The notes: a model not told the origin generated them from the letters alone. A stretch of 24,000 nucleotides of DNA from Methanocella conradii HZ254 (GCF_000251105.1 NC_017034.1:1643161-1667160); one strand, 5' to 3'; numbered from the stretch's first letter, positions 8,365 to 16,863 are shown. Translations and numbers: made by a program.

Positions 8365-9195
8365 ATGGGCTATATAGAAGTATTCCTCGATGAAAAAAGG
8401 CTATCGCTAAGCCAAAACACGATAAAGCAATACAAGAACATACTCAATGGCTTCCAGCGGTTCTGCAACAAGCCGCCAGAATCCATAACAAGGCAGGAAA
8501 TAATAAGATACCTCAACCATCTGATGTTCGAGAAAGGGCTATCAAAGGCATACGTGTCAAACGTGATGAGCATAATAAAGTCATTTTACACTTTTTTAAA
8601 TGAGAATGAGTACGTGAAAGCCAACCCGGCAAAAGGGATAAGCCAGGTCAAGAAAGACAAAAAGGCCCCGATATACTTGACACAGGACGAGATGGCACTG
8701 CTAATAAAAACGGCCATAGCCCCAAGGGATGGCCTAATGGTAAAGATGCTATACGCAACCGGGGTAAGAGTGTCAGAGCTGGTGAATATCAGGAAGCAGG
8801 ACGTAGACCTTGAGCGAGGCACCATCAAGGTATTCGGCAAAGGGGCGAAAGAGCGGGCTGTACTGATACCCGATACGCTTAGGCTACAATTAAGGGAATA
8901 CTGCGAGGGCCTCAAGGATGATGACAGGCTATTCGACCTGAGCGTAAGAACCGTGGAAAGGAGCATTAAGGCTATAGCAAAGAGGGCCGGGATCGACAAG
9001 AAGGTGACGCCACACAAGCTAAGGCACAGCTTCGCCACGCACATGCTCCAGAACGGCGGCAACGTGGTGGCAATACAAAAGCTGCTTGGGCACACGTCGC
9101 TTAACACGACCCAGATTTATACCCATTATAGCGTGGACGAGCTAAGAGATATGTACATACACACTCATCCCATGGGTGACGGCTCCAACGAATAA
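8365..9195 (+). CDS. Tyrosine recombinase, XerA/XerC/XerD-like (phage-integrase family)
   Basis: 276-aa ORF with an N-terminal SAM-like core-binding domain. Catalytic residues appear in order: R (ATGVRVSEL), K (GKGAKER), HxxR (HKLRHSFAT), H (LLGHTSL), Y (TQIYTHY). GTGAGG precedes the ATG. Confidence 0.85.
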   Translation: MGYIEVFLDEKRLSLSQNTIKQYKNILNGFQRFCNKPPESITRQEIIRYLNHLMFEKGLSKAYVSNVMSIIKSFYTFLNENEYVKANPAKGISQVKKDKKAPIYLTQDEMALLIKTAIAPRDGLMVKMLYATGVRVSELVNIRKQDVDLERGTIKVFGKGAKERAVLIPDTLRLQLREYCEGLKDDDRLFDLSVRTVERSIKAIAKRAGIDKKVTPHKLRHSFATHMLQNGGNVVAIQKLLGHTSLNTTQIYTHYSVDELRDMYIHTHPMGDGSNE

Positions 9196-9204
9196 ATTCG
9201 TTGG
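9185..9204. repeat. Perfect palindrome CCAACGAAT-AA-ATTCGTTGG spanning the recombinase stop codon
   Basis: Read directly: 9 bp + 2 nt + 9 bp, with TAA (9193-9195) at its centre. A third CCAACG copy lies at 9222-9227. Confidence 0.8.
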
Positions 9205-9478
9205 CTTCTATGGCTTTGCAACCAACGCATTGCCGCCCCAATGCGGCTATTGTCGGTTCCATGTACGATATATGGATATAAATAGTTATTGGCGTGGCTA
9301 CTGCGAGGGGCCAATTCACCCCACGGCTGAAGCACGTGGGCCTTCTTGGCCCCACGGCACCATCATCGTAAATAGCCATAAAACCTGTTTTAAAATCCCT
9401 AAACGAGCCTTCAGCCGAAATTTCCGATGGCAAGATTAGTGTTGATGCGAGTGGCAACCATCTCTAAAATGGTGGCTT

Positions 9479-10033
9479 ATGCGCTCTAATGGGTCAATGC
9501 TTAATAAAATGGAGGGCCGATTTGAATGCAAGCGCTGTGGCGCCTGCTGTAAAGGGAGAGACGTGCCCCTGGCCCTGGACGATATCCTGAGGCTCAGCGA
9601 ATTCCTGGGCATGGACCCTGATGGCTTTTTCTCCGAGTGCTGCGTCGAGATGGCGATTGACGAAAATACGATGGCACTGCCATTTTTAAAAAGGTATGGC
9701 GAGGCATGCCAATTTCTCGATGATAACATATGCAGGGTGCATTTCGTGAAGCCATCGGCGTGCGAGTATATGCCATCCACGATTTTCGGGAGCCTGGAGC
9801 ATTTGCGGGCGAGGATGCCGTCTTCCTGTGCGATACAGCACACAAAACCCGAGAGCGATGAGCGCTTAAGGAGGATTTACATGGCCTCCATGATGATAAC
9901 GGCCATCTATTACAGTAAGCATGGCACGTTTAAATTTAGGCTGGCCAGGCCGTTCATATATAGGATCTTATTATTCAAGCGGAGCCACGAGGGCATTAGG
10001 AAGCTCTTTGGAAACGAGATTGCACAGAATTAG
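9479..10033 (+). CDS. YkgJ-family (UPF0153) cysteine-cluster protein, putative Fe-S/zinc-binding
   Basis: The CxxCxxCC motif (ECKRCGACCKG) lies near the N-terminus and further Cys residues lie downstream (CQFLDDNICRVH, PSACEY). The true start may be ATG 9497 or 9509. Confidence 0.65.
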   Translation: MRSNGSMLNKMEGRFECKRCGACCKGRDVPLALDDILRLSEFLGMDPDGFFSECCVEMAIDENTMALPFLKRYGEACQFLDDNICRVHFVKPSACEYMPSTIFGSLEHLRARMPSSCAIQHTKPESDERLRRIYMASMMITAIYYSKHGTFKFRLARPFIYRILLFKRSHEGIRKLFGNEIAQN

Positions 10034-11829
10034 CCCTTTTTCTTGTGGTGGTATGGCCTTGATGGCGGTATCAGGCATTTCGGGCCATATCCTATGAGGT
10101 CTTTCCTTCCTGCCTTTATTAGCGCTTTCTTGACAAGGTCGTAATTTTCAGGGTTTTTATACTGGAGTAGTGCCCTTTGCATCCTTCGCTCTTCCATGCT
10201 TCTTGGCACGTAGACTGTTTTCCCCGTATACGGGTTAAATCCTGTATAATAAATACAAGTGGAAAGAGTGGAAGGGGTGGGGGTGAAATCCTGTACCTGC
10301 TCTACATAATACCCCATGTCCCGGACGAACTCGGCCAGCTCTATGGCATCCTTAAGCGTGCAGCCTGGATGGCCCGATATGAAGTAGGGGATGATATACT
10401 GCTCCTTGCCAAGCTCCTTATTAATCTCCTTATACCTGGCCACGAACTTTTTATAAGTTTCAATCGAAGGCTTACACATGGCATCAGTGACCTCCCTGGA
10501 GACATGCTCGGGAGCAACCTTTAGCTGGCCGCTTATATTGTTTTTACATATCTGGTAGAGGTATCCTTCATCTTGCATGGCCAGGTCATATCGTATGCCA
10601 GAGCCTATGAAGACGTTCTTAACGCCTGGCACGGCCTGGACGGCTTTTAACAGCTCTATGAGCTTGCCATGGTCCTTTTTAAGGCTAGGGCAGGGCGAAG
10701 GGTAGAGGCATAGCTTATCCCTGCACGCGCCGACTTTTGATTGCTTCTCGCACCCCATGGCATACATGTTTGCCGTCGGGCCGCCTATATCCGTAATAGT
10801 CCCCTTGAACTCAGGCATTCTCGCCAGTTTTTTAGCCTCATTCACGATAGACTCTATGCTACGGCTCTGCACGATGCGCCCCTGATGATTTGTGATTGCG
10901 CAGAACGAGCAGCCCCCAAAGCAGCCACGATGGCTGGTTATGGAAAACATGACAGTCTTTAGCGCCGGTATCTCCTCCTTATAGGATGGATGGGGCCGCC
11001 TGGTATAGGGTAGCTCATATATATGGTCTAGCTCGGCCGTAGACATGGGCATGGGTGGCGGGTACTGGACAATTATCGTCTTGGGATGGCGCTGTACCAC
11101 CGTCCTTCCATGAAAGGGATCCTGCTCATCCGAATAAGCCTTGAACGCCCTGGCATATGCCATCTTATCAGTAGATACCGCTTTAAAGTCTGGTATTTCC
11201 ACGTATCCTTCCATATCCAGGCTCTTCGTCTTTATAACAGTCCCCCGGACCCCCCTTATGTCATGGATATTTTCGCCTTTTTTAAGCCTTCCTACAACCT
11301 CGAGCAGTGGCTTTTCGGCCATGCCATAAGTAATTAAGTCAGCTGGCGCGTCCGCGAGAATCGACTGCCTTACCTTATCGTCCCAGTAGTCATAGTGGGC
11401 AAACCTTCTGAGGCTGGCCTCGATGCCACCTATGATGATGGGCGTATCCTTATACGCCTCCCTTATCATATTACAATATACAATAACGGCACGGTCAGGC
11501 CGTCGGCCCCCGCGCCCTCCAGGGCTATAGTCGTCCTCAGAGCGTATCCTCTTATTGGCCGTATAGTTATTGACCATCGAGTCCACGTTTCCCGACGACA
11601 CGCAAAAACATAATCCTGGCTCGCCGAGAGCGCTAAAATCTTCCTTATTAATCGGCTGCGCAATCATTCCTACTTTATAGCCAGCATCCTCGAGCACGCG
11701 CCCTATCAACGCGCTTCCGAAGGAGGGGTGATCAACATACGCATCCCCGCAAACTATGATGATATCGCATTGCTCCCACCCCCGGCTTTTCATCTCTTCG
11801 CGGGACATGGGCAAAAATCGGCCATGCAT
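10030..11829 (-). CDS. YgiQ-family (UPF0313) radical SAM protein
   Basis: 599-aa ORF. Characteristic N-terminus: FLPMSREEMKSRGWEQCDIIIVCGDAYVDHPSFGSALIGRVLEDAGYKVGMIAQP. Radical-SAM cluster motif: GCFGGCSFCAI. The stop codon overlaps the YkgJ-like gene stop by 4 nt (convergent genes). Confidence 0.85.
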   Translation of the reverse strand: MHGRFLPMSREEMKSRGWEQCDIIIVCGDAYVDHPSFGSALIGRVLEDAGYKVGMIAQPINKEDFSALGEPGLCFCVSSGNVDSMVNNYTANKRIRSEDDYSPGGRGGRRPDRAVIVYCNMIREAYKDTPIIIGGIEASLRRFAHYDYWDDKVRQSILADAPADLITYGMAEKPLLEVVGRLKKGENIHDIRGVRGTVIKTKSLDMEGYVEIPDFKAVSTDKMAYARAFKAYSDEQDPFHGRTVVQRHPKTIIVQYPPPMPMSTAELDHIYELPYTRRPHPSYKEEIPALKTVMFSITSHRGCFGGCSFCAITNHQGRIVQSRSIESIVNEAKKLARMPEFKGTITDIGGPTANMYAMGCEKQSKVGACRDKLCLYPSPCPSLKKDHGKLIELLKAVQAVPGVKNVFIGSGIRYDLAMQDEGYLYQICKNNISGQLKVAPEHVSREVTDAMCKPSIETYKKFVARYKEINKELGKEQYIIPYFISGHPGCTLKDAIELAEFVRDMGYYVEQVQDFTPTPSTLSTCIYYTGFNPYTGKTVYVPRSMEERRMQRALLQYKNPENYDLVKKALIKAGRKDLIGYGPKCLIPPSRPYHHKKKG

Positions 11830-11960
11830 ACTTTTTTCATCATAATTGACGCCCTCAAACTACAAAAACATTAGCGGATACAATACCCTTAAATCATATA
11901 AGCGCTAAAATGCTGTAAAAACATAAAGGTTATCTACTTAAAGGGAATTGGATTTAAAAC

Positions 11961-12698
11961 ATGCTCCTGGACATCTTTGGCATCTCTGTAGAAACCACGA
12001 CGCTTTACATATTAGGCATAATTTTAGGGGCGTTCATAGCCTGGTATATTCTGGGCACAGTCATCAATAACCTGTTCGCATCATACCCGGAGGATAGCAG
12101 GGAATCCATACACACGATATTCTCGATATCTATAGCCTATATAAGCATCACGCTCATCGTCTTCGTGCTGTCGATGGACCTCATAGTGCTGGTGGCCATG
12201 TTCGCCTTGCTGCTCGGCGTAATTCTATACATGGTCAAGGATTTCCTGAAGGATTTTTTCACCAGGATAAGCCTGCTCTCGGTGAAGGCATTCGGCATAG
12301 GCGACTACATAGAAGTGGCGCACCATAAGGGCAGGGTCTTAAAGGTCGGCAACCTGTATACGATGCTAAGAAGGGACGATAACTCAGTCGTATGCGTGCC
12401 AAACCAGATGGTAGCGAGGTCTATAGTCATAAACTACACGAGGGCTGACTACATAAAGCTACAGGAGGCCATCGTTTTAAAGGTGTCAGAGGCGGACATA
12501 TCTAAAGTGTACAATCGGATACTAGAAGAGCTGGACATATTCGGGTACAAGCGGGCGAAGATCATGCATTCCACCACGCCCGATGGAGTGCGGTTCGCCG
12601 TGACAATCAACCTCGAGGATGCCGCGTCGATATCGAACGATACCTCAAACCTGCATAAGGCGCTAAACATCGTTAAAGGCGAGTTTATTACGGATTGA
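11961..12698 (+). CDS. Small mechanosensitive-channel (MscS) family protein
   Basis: Three N-terminal TM segments, then the MscS beta-domain signature FGIGDYIEVAHHKGRVLKVGNLYTMLRRDDNSVVCVPNQMVARSIVINYTR. Confidence 0.7.
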   Translation: MLLDIFGISVETTTLYILGIILGAFIAWYILGTVINNLFASYPEDSRESIHTIFSISIAYISITLIVFVLSMDLIVLVAMFALLLGVILYMVKDFLKDFFTRISLLSVKAFGIGDYIEVAHHKGRVLKVGNLYTMLRRDDNSVVCVPNQMVARSIVINYTRADYIKLQEAIVLKVSEADISKVYNRILEELDIFGYKRAKIMHSTTPDGVRFAVTINLEDAASISNDTSNLHKALNIVKGEFITD

Positions 12699-12702
12699 GA
12701 GC

Positions 12703-14505
12703 ATGAAGCTGAACAGAAACCTGAACTTTTTTAGCGTTTTCGCGATGGGGTTCGCAGACGTGGGAGCGGATATTTTCATAGCGCTTGGCGTCATAGCGGC
12801 CTATGCGGCGGGCCTCACGCCGGTTGCCTTCGTCGTGGGTGCCATACTCTACGTTTGCACGGCCCTGGCATACGCGGAACTGGGCTCGGCTTTCCCCGTG
12901 GCAGGGGGTGCTTCGACTTTCGCGAGGAAGGCATTCGGCCGGTTCTGGAGCTTCGTCGCGGGATGGGGGCTGATACTGGCATACGTGCTTGATATAGCGC
13001 TGTTCTCAATCGTCGGCTCGTTTTACCTGAACCAGGTATTACACCTTGACATCCAGTACGTGTACCTTGTCGGGGCTATGGTAATACTGGGCCTGATGGT
13101 CCTTAACATGCTGGGGATAGCGGAGAGCGCCCTATTGAACAACGTTCTAATGGTATTCTCGTCATTCTTAATACTGGTAATAAGCATCCTCGCATATCTG
13201 CTCATATTCAGCCCGGACAGGCTTATCGCCCAGATGCAGGCATTTGCGCAGGAGAGCAGCTGGACGAATTTTGCATATGCAGTGGGATTGAGCTCGATAG
13301 CTTTTATCGGCATAGAGTCGATTACTCAGGCCGCAGAGGAAACCAAGCGGCCAGGCCACACCATCCCCGCGGCAATAAAGGTCGTCATCTTGCTGGTGGT
13401 CATCTTTTGCCTGCTCATATCAGTCCTATCCGTAGGCTCGGTGGGATGGAAGGTGCTCGCAGATAACAAGGAGAATGCCCTGGTCGCCTTCGCTTCCGAG
13501 ATACCGACGTATGGCAACGCCCTCGTACTTGTGACCGGCATAACAGGTTTCCTTGTATGCGTGGTGTCGGCAAATTCTGGCATTATAGGGGCTTCCCGTG
13601 TCATGTATTCGCTATCCAGGAATAACCTTCTGCCTCGCGTGCTAAGCTGGACACATCCTAGGTTCAAGACGCCATGGTTTACCATCTTCATCTTTTCTGC
13701 CATCGCAATGCCATTGTTGCTCATAAAGGTCGATGTGCTGGCTGGCATCTACGCTTTCGGGGCGCTAATCGCCTACATCTTAATTAACCTTTCATTCATC
13801 GCCTTGAAAAACGCCAAATATGACTCGATGTATCGGGTCCCATTCGTAATGCACGTCCATTTCCGCAACAACGAGTACAAGCTGCCGCTTACTGGCCTCA
13901 TCGGGTTCGTGGCATGCGTTTTCTCGCTTTTCGCGGTGGTGCTCCCCCAGGCAATGACGTTCGTCGTGGGCGTATCATGGCTGGCGGCGGGCATCGCCAT
14001 CTACTATTTGAACGCCAGATACTCGAAGCCTTTAGTGCAGGAAAAAGAATCGCTCAGCGTGACAAGCATTGATAAGCAGGAGCCGACAATCCTCATCGCC
14101 TTCAAGCTTAAGCCTCATGAGCGGCACATCATAGATATCGCGGCCGAGCTCGCGAAAGAGTATAAGTGTGGGGTCACCATTTTACACGTCATCGAGACTC
14201 CGATGATCATGCCCATATGGGAAGACCTCACGGAGGAGATGACGATTGAAAAGAAGCGGGAAATGGAAACCCTGGAGGAGTGGCTGAAGGGTACGGGCAT
14301 AGACGTTAAGATCGAGTTTAAGGCGGCTCGCGACGCTGTCTCCGGGATTATCGATTATATTGATACCCACAACGTCCAGGTGGTAATCCTTGGCGAGCTA
14401 GAGGGCAAAACGTCGCCTACCGTCGAGCAGATAAGGGCAAGCGTGAACGTCCCCATATTGACCGTGAGGAATACACTGGTATCCCAGACGCCTGCCACAA
14501 GCTAA
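12703..14505 (+). CDS. APC-superfamily amino-acid/polyamine permease fused to a C-terminal universal stress protein (Usp) domain
   Basis: 600-aa ORF. The first ~440 aa form a multi-TM permease (AELGSAFPVAGGASTFARKAFG, GIESITQAAEETKRP). The C-terminal ~140 aa are Usp-like (ILIAF...VTILHVIE...VQVVILGE...VPILTV). It starts 4 nt after the MscS gene. Confidence 0.8.
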   Translation: MKLNRNLNFFSVFAMGFADVGADIFIALGVIAAYAAGLTPVAFVVGAILYVCTALAYAELGSAFPVAGGASTFARKAFGRFWSFVAGWGLILAYVLDIALFSIVGSFYLNQVLHLDIQYVYLVGAMVILGLMVLNMLGIAESALLNNVLMVFSSFLILVISILAYLLIFSPDRLIAQMQAFAQESSWTNFAYAVGLSSIAFIGIESITQAAEETKRPGHTIPAAIKVVILLVVIFCLLISVLSVGSVGWKVLADNKENALVAFASEIPTYGNALVLVTGITGFLVCVVSANSGIIGASRVMYSLSRNNLLPRVLSWTHPRFKTPWFTIFIFSAIAMPLLLIKVDVLAGIYAFGALIAYILINLSFIALKNAKYDSMYRVPFVMHVHFRNNEYKLPLTGLIGFVACVFSLFAVVLPQAMTFVVGVSWLAAGIAIYYLNARYSKPLVQEKESLSVTSIDKQEPTILIAFKLKPHERHIIDIAAELAKEYKCGVTILHVIETPMIMPIWEDLTEEMTIEKKREMETLEEWLKGTGIDVKIEFKAARDAVSGIIDYIDTHNVQVVILGELEGKTSPTVEQIRASVNVPILTVRNTLVSQTPATS

Positions 14506-14662
14506 GGGGATACGGGCTTGTTTTTTGCCACATTTTTCGATAAGTTGATAAGCAAGGTATAAGAACAGAGATGATTTTTATTATATTGGTGATTATATTA
14601 TAGTATCGAGGCACGGCGTTGAGGTTGCAAGGCAAATAACCGGCGGGCTGCTTGTCATATAC

Positions 14663-14917
14663 GTGGCCATCATCGTCATCTCCACGATGCTTGCAAAGGG
14701 CGTGCTGGATAAGCAAACCGCCTTTTCGATTCAGGCCACGCTAGATTTGCCCACCGCTATCGCTCTCATCGCCTTTTCCATCTTATCTATTAAGCTTGAG
14801 CTGGATAAGCCCAGGCATCGCCACCTTTATAAAAAATATGGGGGCATCGACCTGCTTTTGCTCGCATGCGGCGTACTGCTGACAATAGGCCTTATCTATA
14901 TAAAATATTTTATGTGA
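14663..14917 (+). CDS. Hypothetical small membrane protein
   Basis: 84-aa ORF with a GTG start and two or three hydrophobic segments. There is no recognisable motif, and no other gene explains this 470-nt gap. Coding status is uncertain. Confidence 0.3.
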   Translation: MAIIVISTMLAKGVLDKQTAFSIQATLDLPTAIALIAFSILSIKLELDKPRHRHLYKKYGGIDLLLLACGVLLTIGLIYIKYFM

Positions 14918-14974
14918 TATTTTGCAACGCCTCAGGACTCATAGGGCTCATCATGTATCAGAAGCCTTTTTTCA

Positions 14975-15625
14975 TCATCGGCGAAGCTGCTCTATGAATT
15001 CTAGTGCCGCTTCATATGGGTCGTCGGCTCCATATATGCCTCTACCCACGATTATGAAGTCCGCCCCTGCATCTATGGCCCTTCGCGCCTCGCCACCCTG
15101 CGCGCCAACTCCCGGGGCCAGTATTTTCATTTTGCCCGCCTTGCGCCGTATATCTGCCAGCCTTTCTGGCCTCGTGGCCGGGGCTATTATGCCCGATGCC
15201 CCTGCCCTGCGGGCTAGCTCGACTAGCTCGAATGCGTGTGGCTGTAAAAACTCGACTGCGCCCGGATGGCTCATCTCCGTAACGACGTAAGCCTCACAGC
15301 CATACTTGCTTGCCTCATCTATGCAAGCCTTAACGCTATCGCTTCCGGCAAAGCCATGGCATATTATGGCGTCCGCCCCTGCCTTAAAGGCCTGAGCGCA
15401 AATGAGGCTATTCGTATTTGGTATGTCCGCCACCTTAAAATCGGCGACTACATTCCCATGCTTTTTCAGGTCCTTGATGATGTCCAGGCCCGCTGACAGT
15501 ATAAGCGGGTAGTTGACCTTGATGGCATCAGCGATGCCTCCTAGCTTTTCGGCTATCGATAGCGCCTCATATCCGTCCATTAAATCCAGCGCTACTATGA
15601 GCCTTGATCGGGGTACGAGCGGCAT
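14975..15625 (-). CDS. pyrF: Orotidine 5'-phosphate decarboxylase
   Basis: 216-aa ORF. LIVALD, ADFKVADIPNTN (DxKxxDI catalytic motif) and a C-terminal PGVGAQGG...IIVGRGI. Confidence 0.9.
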   Translation of the reverse strand: MPLVPRSRLIVALDLMDGYEALSIAEKLGGIADAIKVNYPLILSAGLDIIKDLKKHGNVVADFKVADIPNTNSLICAQAFKAGADAIICHGFAGSDSVKACIDEASKYGCEAYVVTEMSHPGAVEFLQPHAFELVELARRAGASGIIAPATRPERLADIRRKAGKMKILAPGVGAQGGEARRAIDAGADFIIVGRGIYGADDPYEAALEFIEQLRR

Positions 15626-15668
15626 TCAACACTTTACATGTATGTTTGCATATTTATGCTTACCCATG

Positions 15669-16562
15669 CTATTTGGCAGCAGGCTCATTCATATAGGCTA
15701 TTACGGCCCTTCCCTTTATGTTGCCCAGGCTTTTAGCCAGGGCGACCGCGTCATAGAGGCCACCAAGCTCATCCACTAGCCCCATCTTTTTAGCCGTTGC
15801 GCCTGTAAACACCCTTCCGTCTGCTATCTTCCTCACGTCTTCCACCGATAGGTTTCGCCCCTTTGCCACGTTCTCGACAAACCTGTTATAGCTTTCTTCA
15901 ATTATGGCATTCACGTATTCCTTCTCGCCAGGCGTGAGGCCCCTCCAGTCTGACCCCAGGTCCTTATAGTTGCCAGTCTTAGCGACATAGAAGGATACGC
16001 CTCCTTCGTCATAGTACTTCGACTTATTCTTAAAGACCCATATTACGCCTATGCTGCCCGTGAAAGTGTCAGGATTTGCGACTATTCGGTCAGCCTGGGA
16101 TGAGATATAGTAGGCGGCCGAGGTTGCTATATCCCCCATTGAGACCACTATGGGCTTCACCGCTCGAGTCTTCTTCATCTGTGATATTATCTCTTCTGCT
16201 GCGACTGGCGTGCCTCCTGGAGAGTTTACTCGAAGAACGATGGCTTTAACGTCAGGGTCGTCTGTTGCCGCCCTCATAGCTTTCACGACGTCGCTAGAAA
16301 ATGCGGAGCCAGCGGCCGCGTCTGTGGACTTGTCGGATACCATCTGCCCTTCTACGTATATGACCGCTATTTTGTCCTGTTTGCCCATTCCTAGTATCCT
16401 TGCCGCGTCTTCAGGCAAAGCCGGCCTGTGCATCATTCCAGCATAAGCCACCCACGCCACGGCCACCACGAGCGTCAAAATAAACAGAAAGGCGGCCACC
16501 ATCCATGGCCTGCTCTTTTTATTGAATAATAGCAACGCGTCTTTATCCAACTCATCACCCAA
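15669..16562 (-). CDS. sppA: Signal peptide peptidase SppA (S49, 36K type)
   Basis: N-terminal membrane anchor, then LRVNSPGGTPVAAEEI, ATSAAYYISSQADRIVANP and FTGSIGV (Ser nucleophile context). The start at 16562 is TTG. Confidence 0.85.
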   Translation of the reverse strand: MGDELDKDALLLFNKKSRPWMVAAFLFILTLVVAVAWVAYAGMMHRPALPEDAARILGMGKQDKIAVIYVEGQMVSDKSTDAAAGSAFSSDVVKAMRAATDDPDVKAIVLRVNSPGGTPVAAEEIISQMKKTRAVKPIVVSMGDIATSAAYYISSQADRIVANPDTFTGSIGVIWVFKNKSKYYDEGGVSFYVAKTGNYKDLGSDWRGLTPGEKEYVNAIIEESYNRFVENVAKGRNLSVEDVRKIADGRVFTGATAKKMGLVDELGGLYDAVALAKSLGNIKGRAVIAYMNEPAAK

Positions 16563-16678
16563 TAAAATTAATAGCTAATATAAATAATAAATGTTTTTAT
16601 ATTATTATCGCGTCAAAGAAAAATATATTTGTAAGTACGCCATATTGATGTGTGCTTTCCTTGGTTTACATGCTGGAT

Positions 16679-16751
16679 GCAGGGATGGCAGAGCGGCTAA
16701 TGCGGCGGACTGCAGATCCGTTTTGTGGGAGTTCAACTCTCTCTCCCTGCA
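16679..16751 (+). tRNA. tRNA-Cys (anticodon GCA)
   Basis: Hand-folded cloverleaf of 73 nt. Acceptor GCAGGGA/TCCCTGC. D-arm GCAG-AGCGGCTA-ATGC (G13:A22). Anticodon arm GCGGA-CTGCAGA-TCCGT (U33, GCA, G37). Variable loop TTTGT. T-arm GGGAG-TTCAACT-CTCTC. No encoded CCA. A T5 tract lies 8 nt downstream. The base at position 73 reads A (see findings). Confidence 0.8.
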
Positions 16752-16810
16752 TCATGTACTTTTTGTGGATGTCATTGTGTTTCTTATCATATAGAAGAAC
16801 CATTTGCCAC

Positions 16811-16863
16811 AGAAAAAAGCCAAAAATAGGTTTGAAGGGCAAGAGCCAAATAGGGCTCCTGCC
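16811..16863 (-). terminator. Putative terminator of the LEA-like gene: hairpin followed by two oligo-T tracts (minus strand)
   Basis: GGCAAGAGCC (16838-16847) pairs with GGCTCCTGCC (16854-16863), giving 10 bp with one mismatch. On the minus strand it is followed by T5 (16822-16826) and T6 (16813-18). Archaeal termination at oligo-T is established. Assignment of this particular site is inferred. Confidence 0.4.

Noticed and set aside
8586-9107. 173-aa minus-strand ORF inside the recombinase gene
   Set aside because: Ser/Leu-rich shadow frame. The + strand carries all the catalytic motifs of a tyrosine recombinase.
9101-9457. 118-aa minus ORF and 87-aa plus ORF (9176..9439) in the recombinase-YkgJ spacer
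   Set aside because: Neither has a recognisable motif or a ribosome-binding site. One overlaps about 95 nt of the recombinase 3' end. The odd Trp/Cys/His-rich composition looks like chance ORFs in GC-rich structured DNA. The region is reported as a candidate RNA or structured element instead.
9196-9478. C/D-box sRNA candidate (TGATGC at 9442, ATGATGG on the minus strand near 9360, CTGA at 9326)
   Set aside because: No properly spaced C (RUGAUGA) / D (CUGA) pair with terminal stem could be assembled on either strand.
9455-9485. CTAAAATGGTGGCTTATG resembling the RNase P RNA CR-V element (ACAnAAnnnGGCUUA)
   Set aside because: No CR-I (GAGGAAAGUCC) or other conserved RNase P regions occur anywhere nearby, so the similarity is probably fortuitous.
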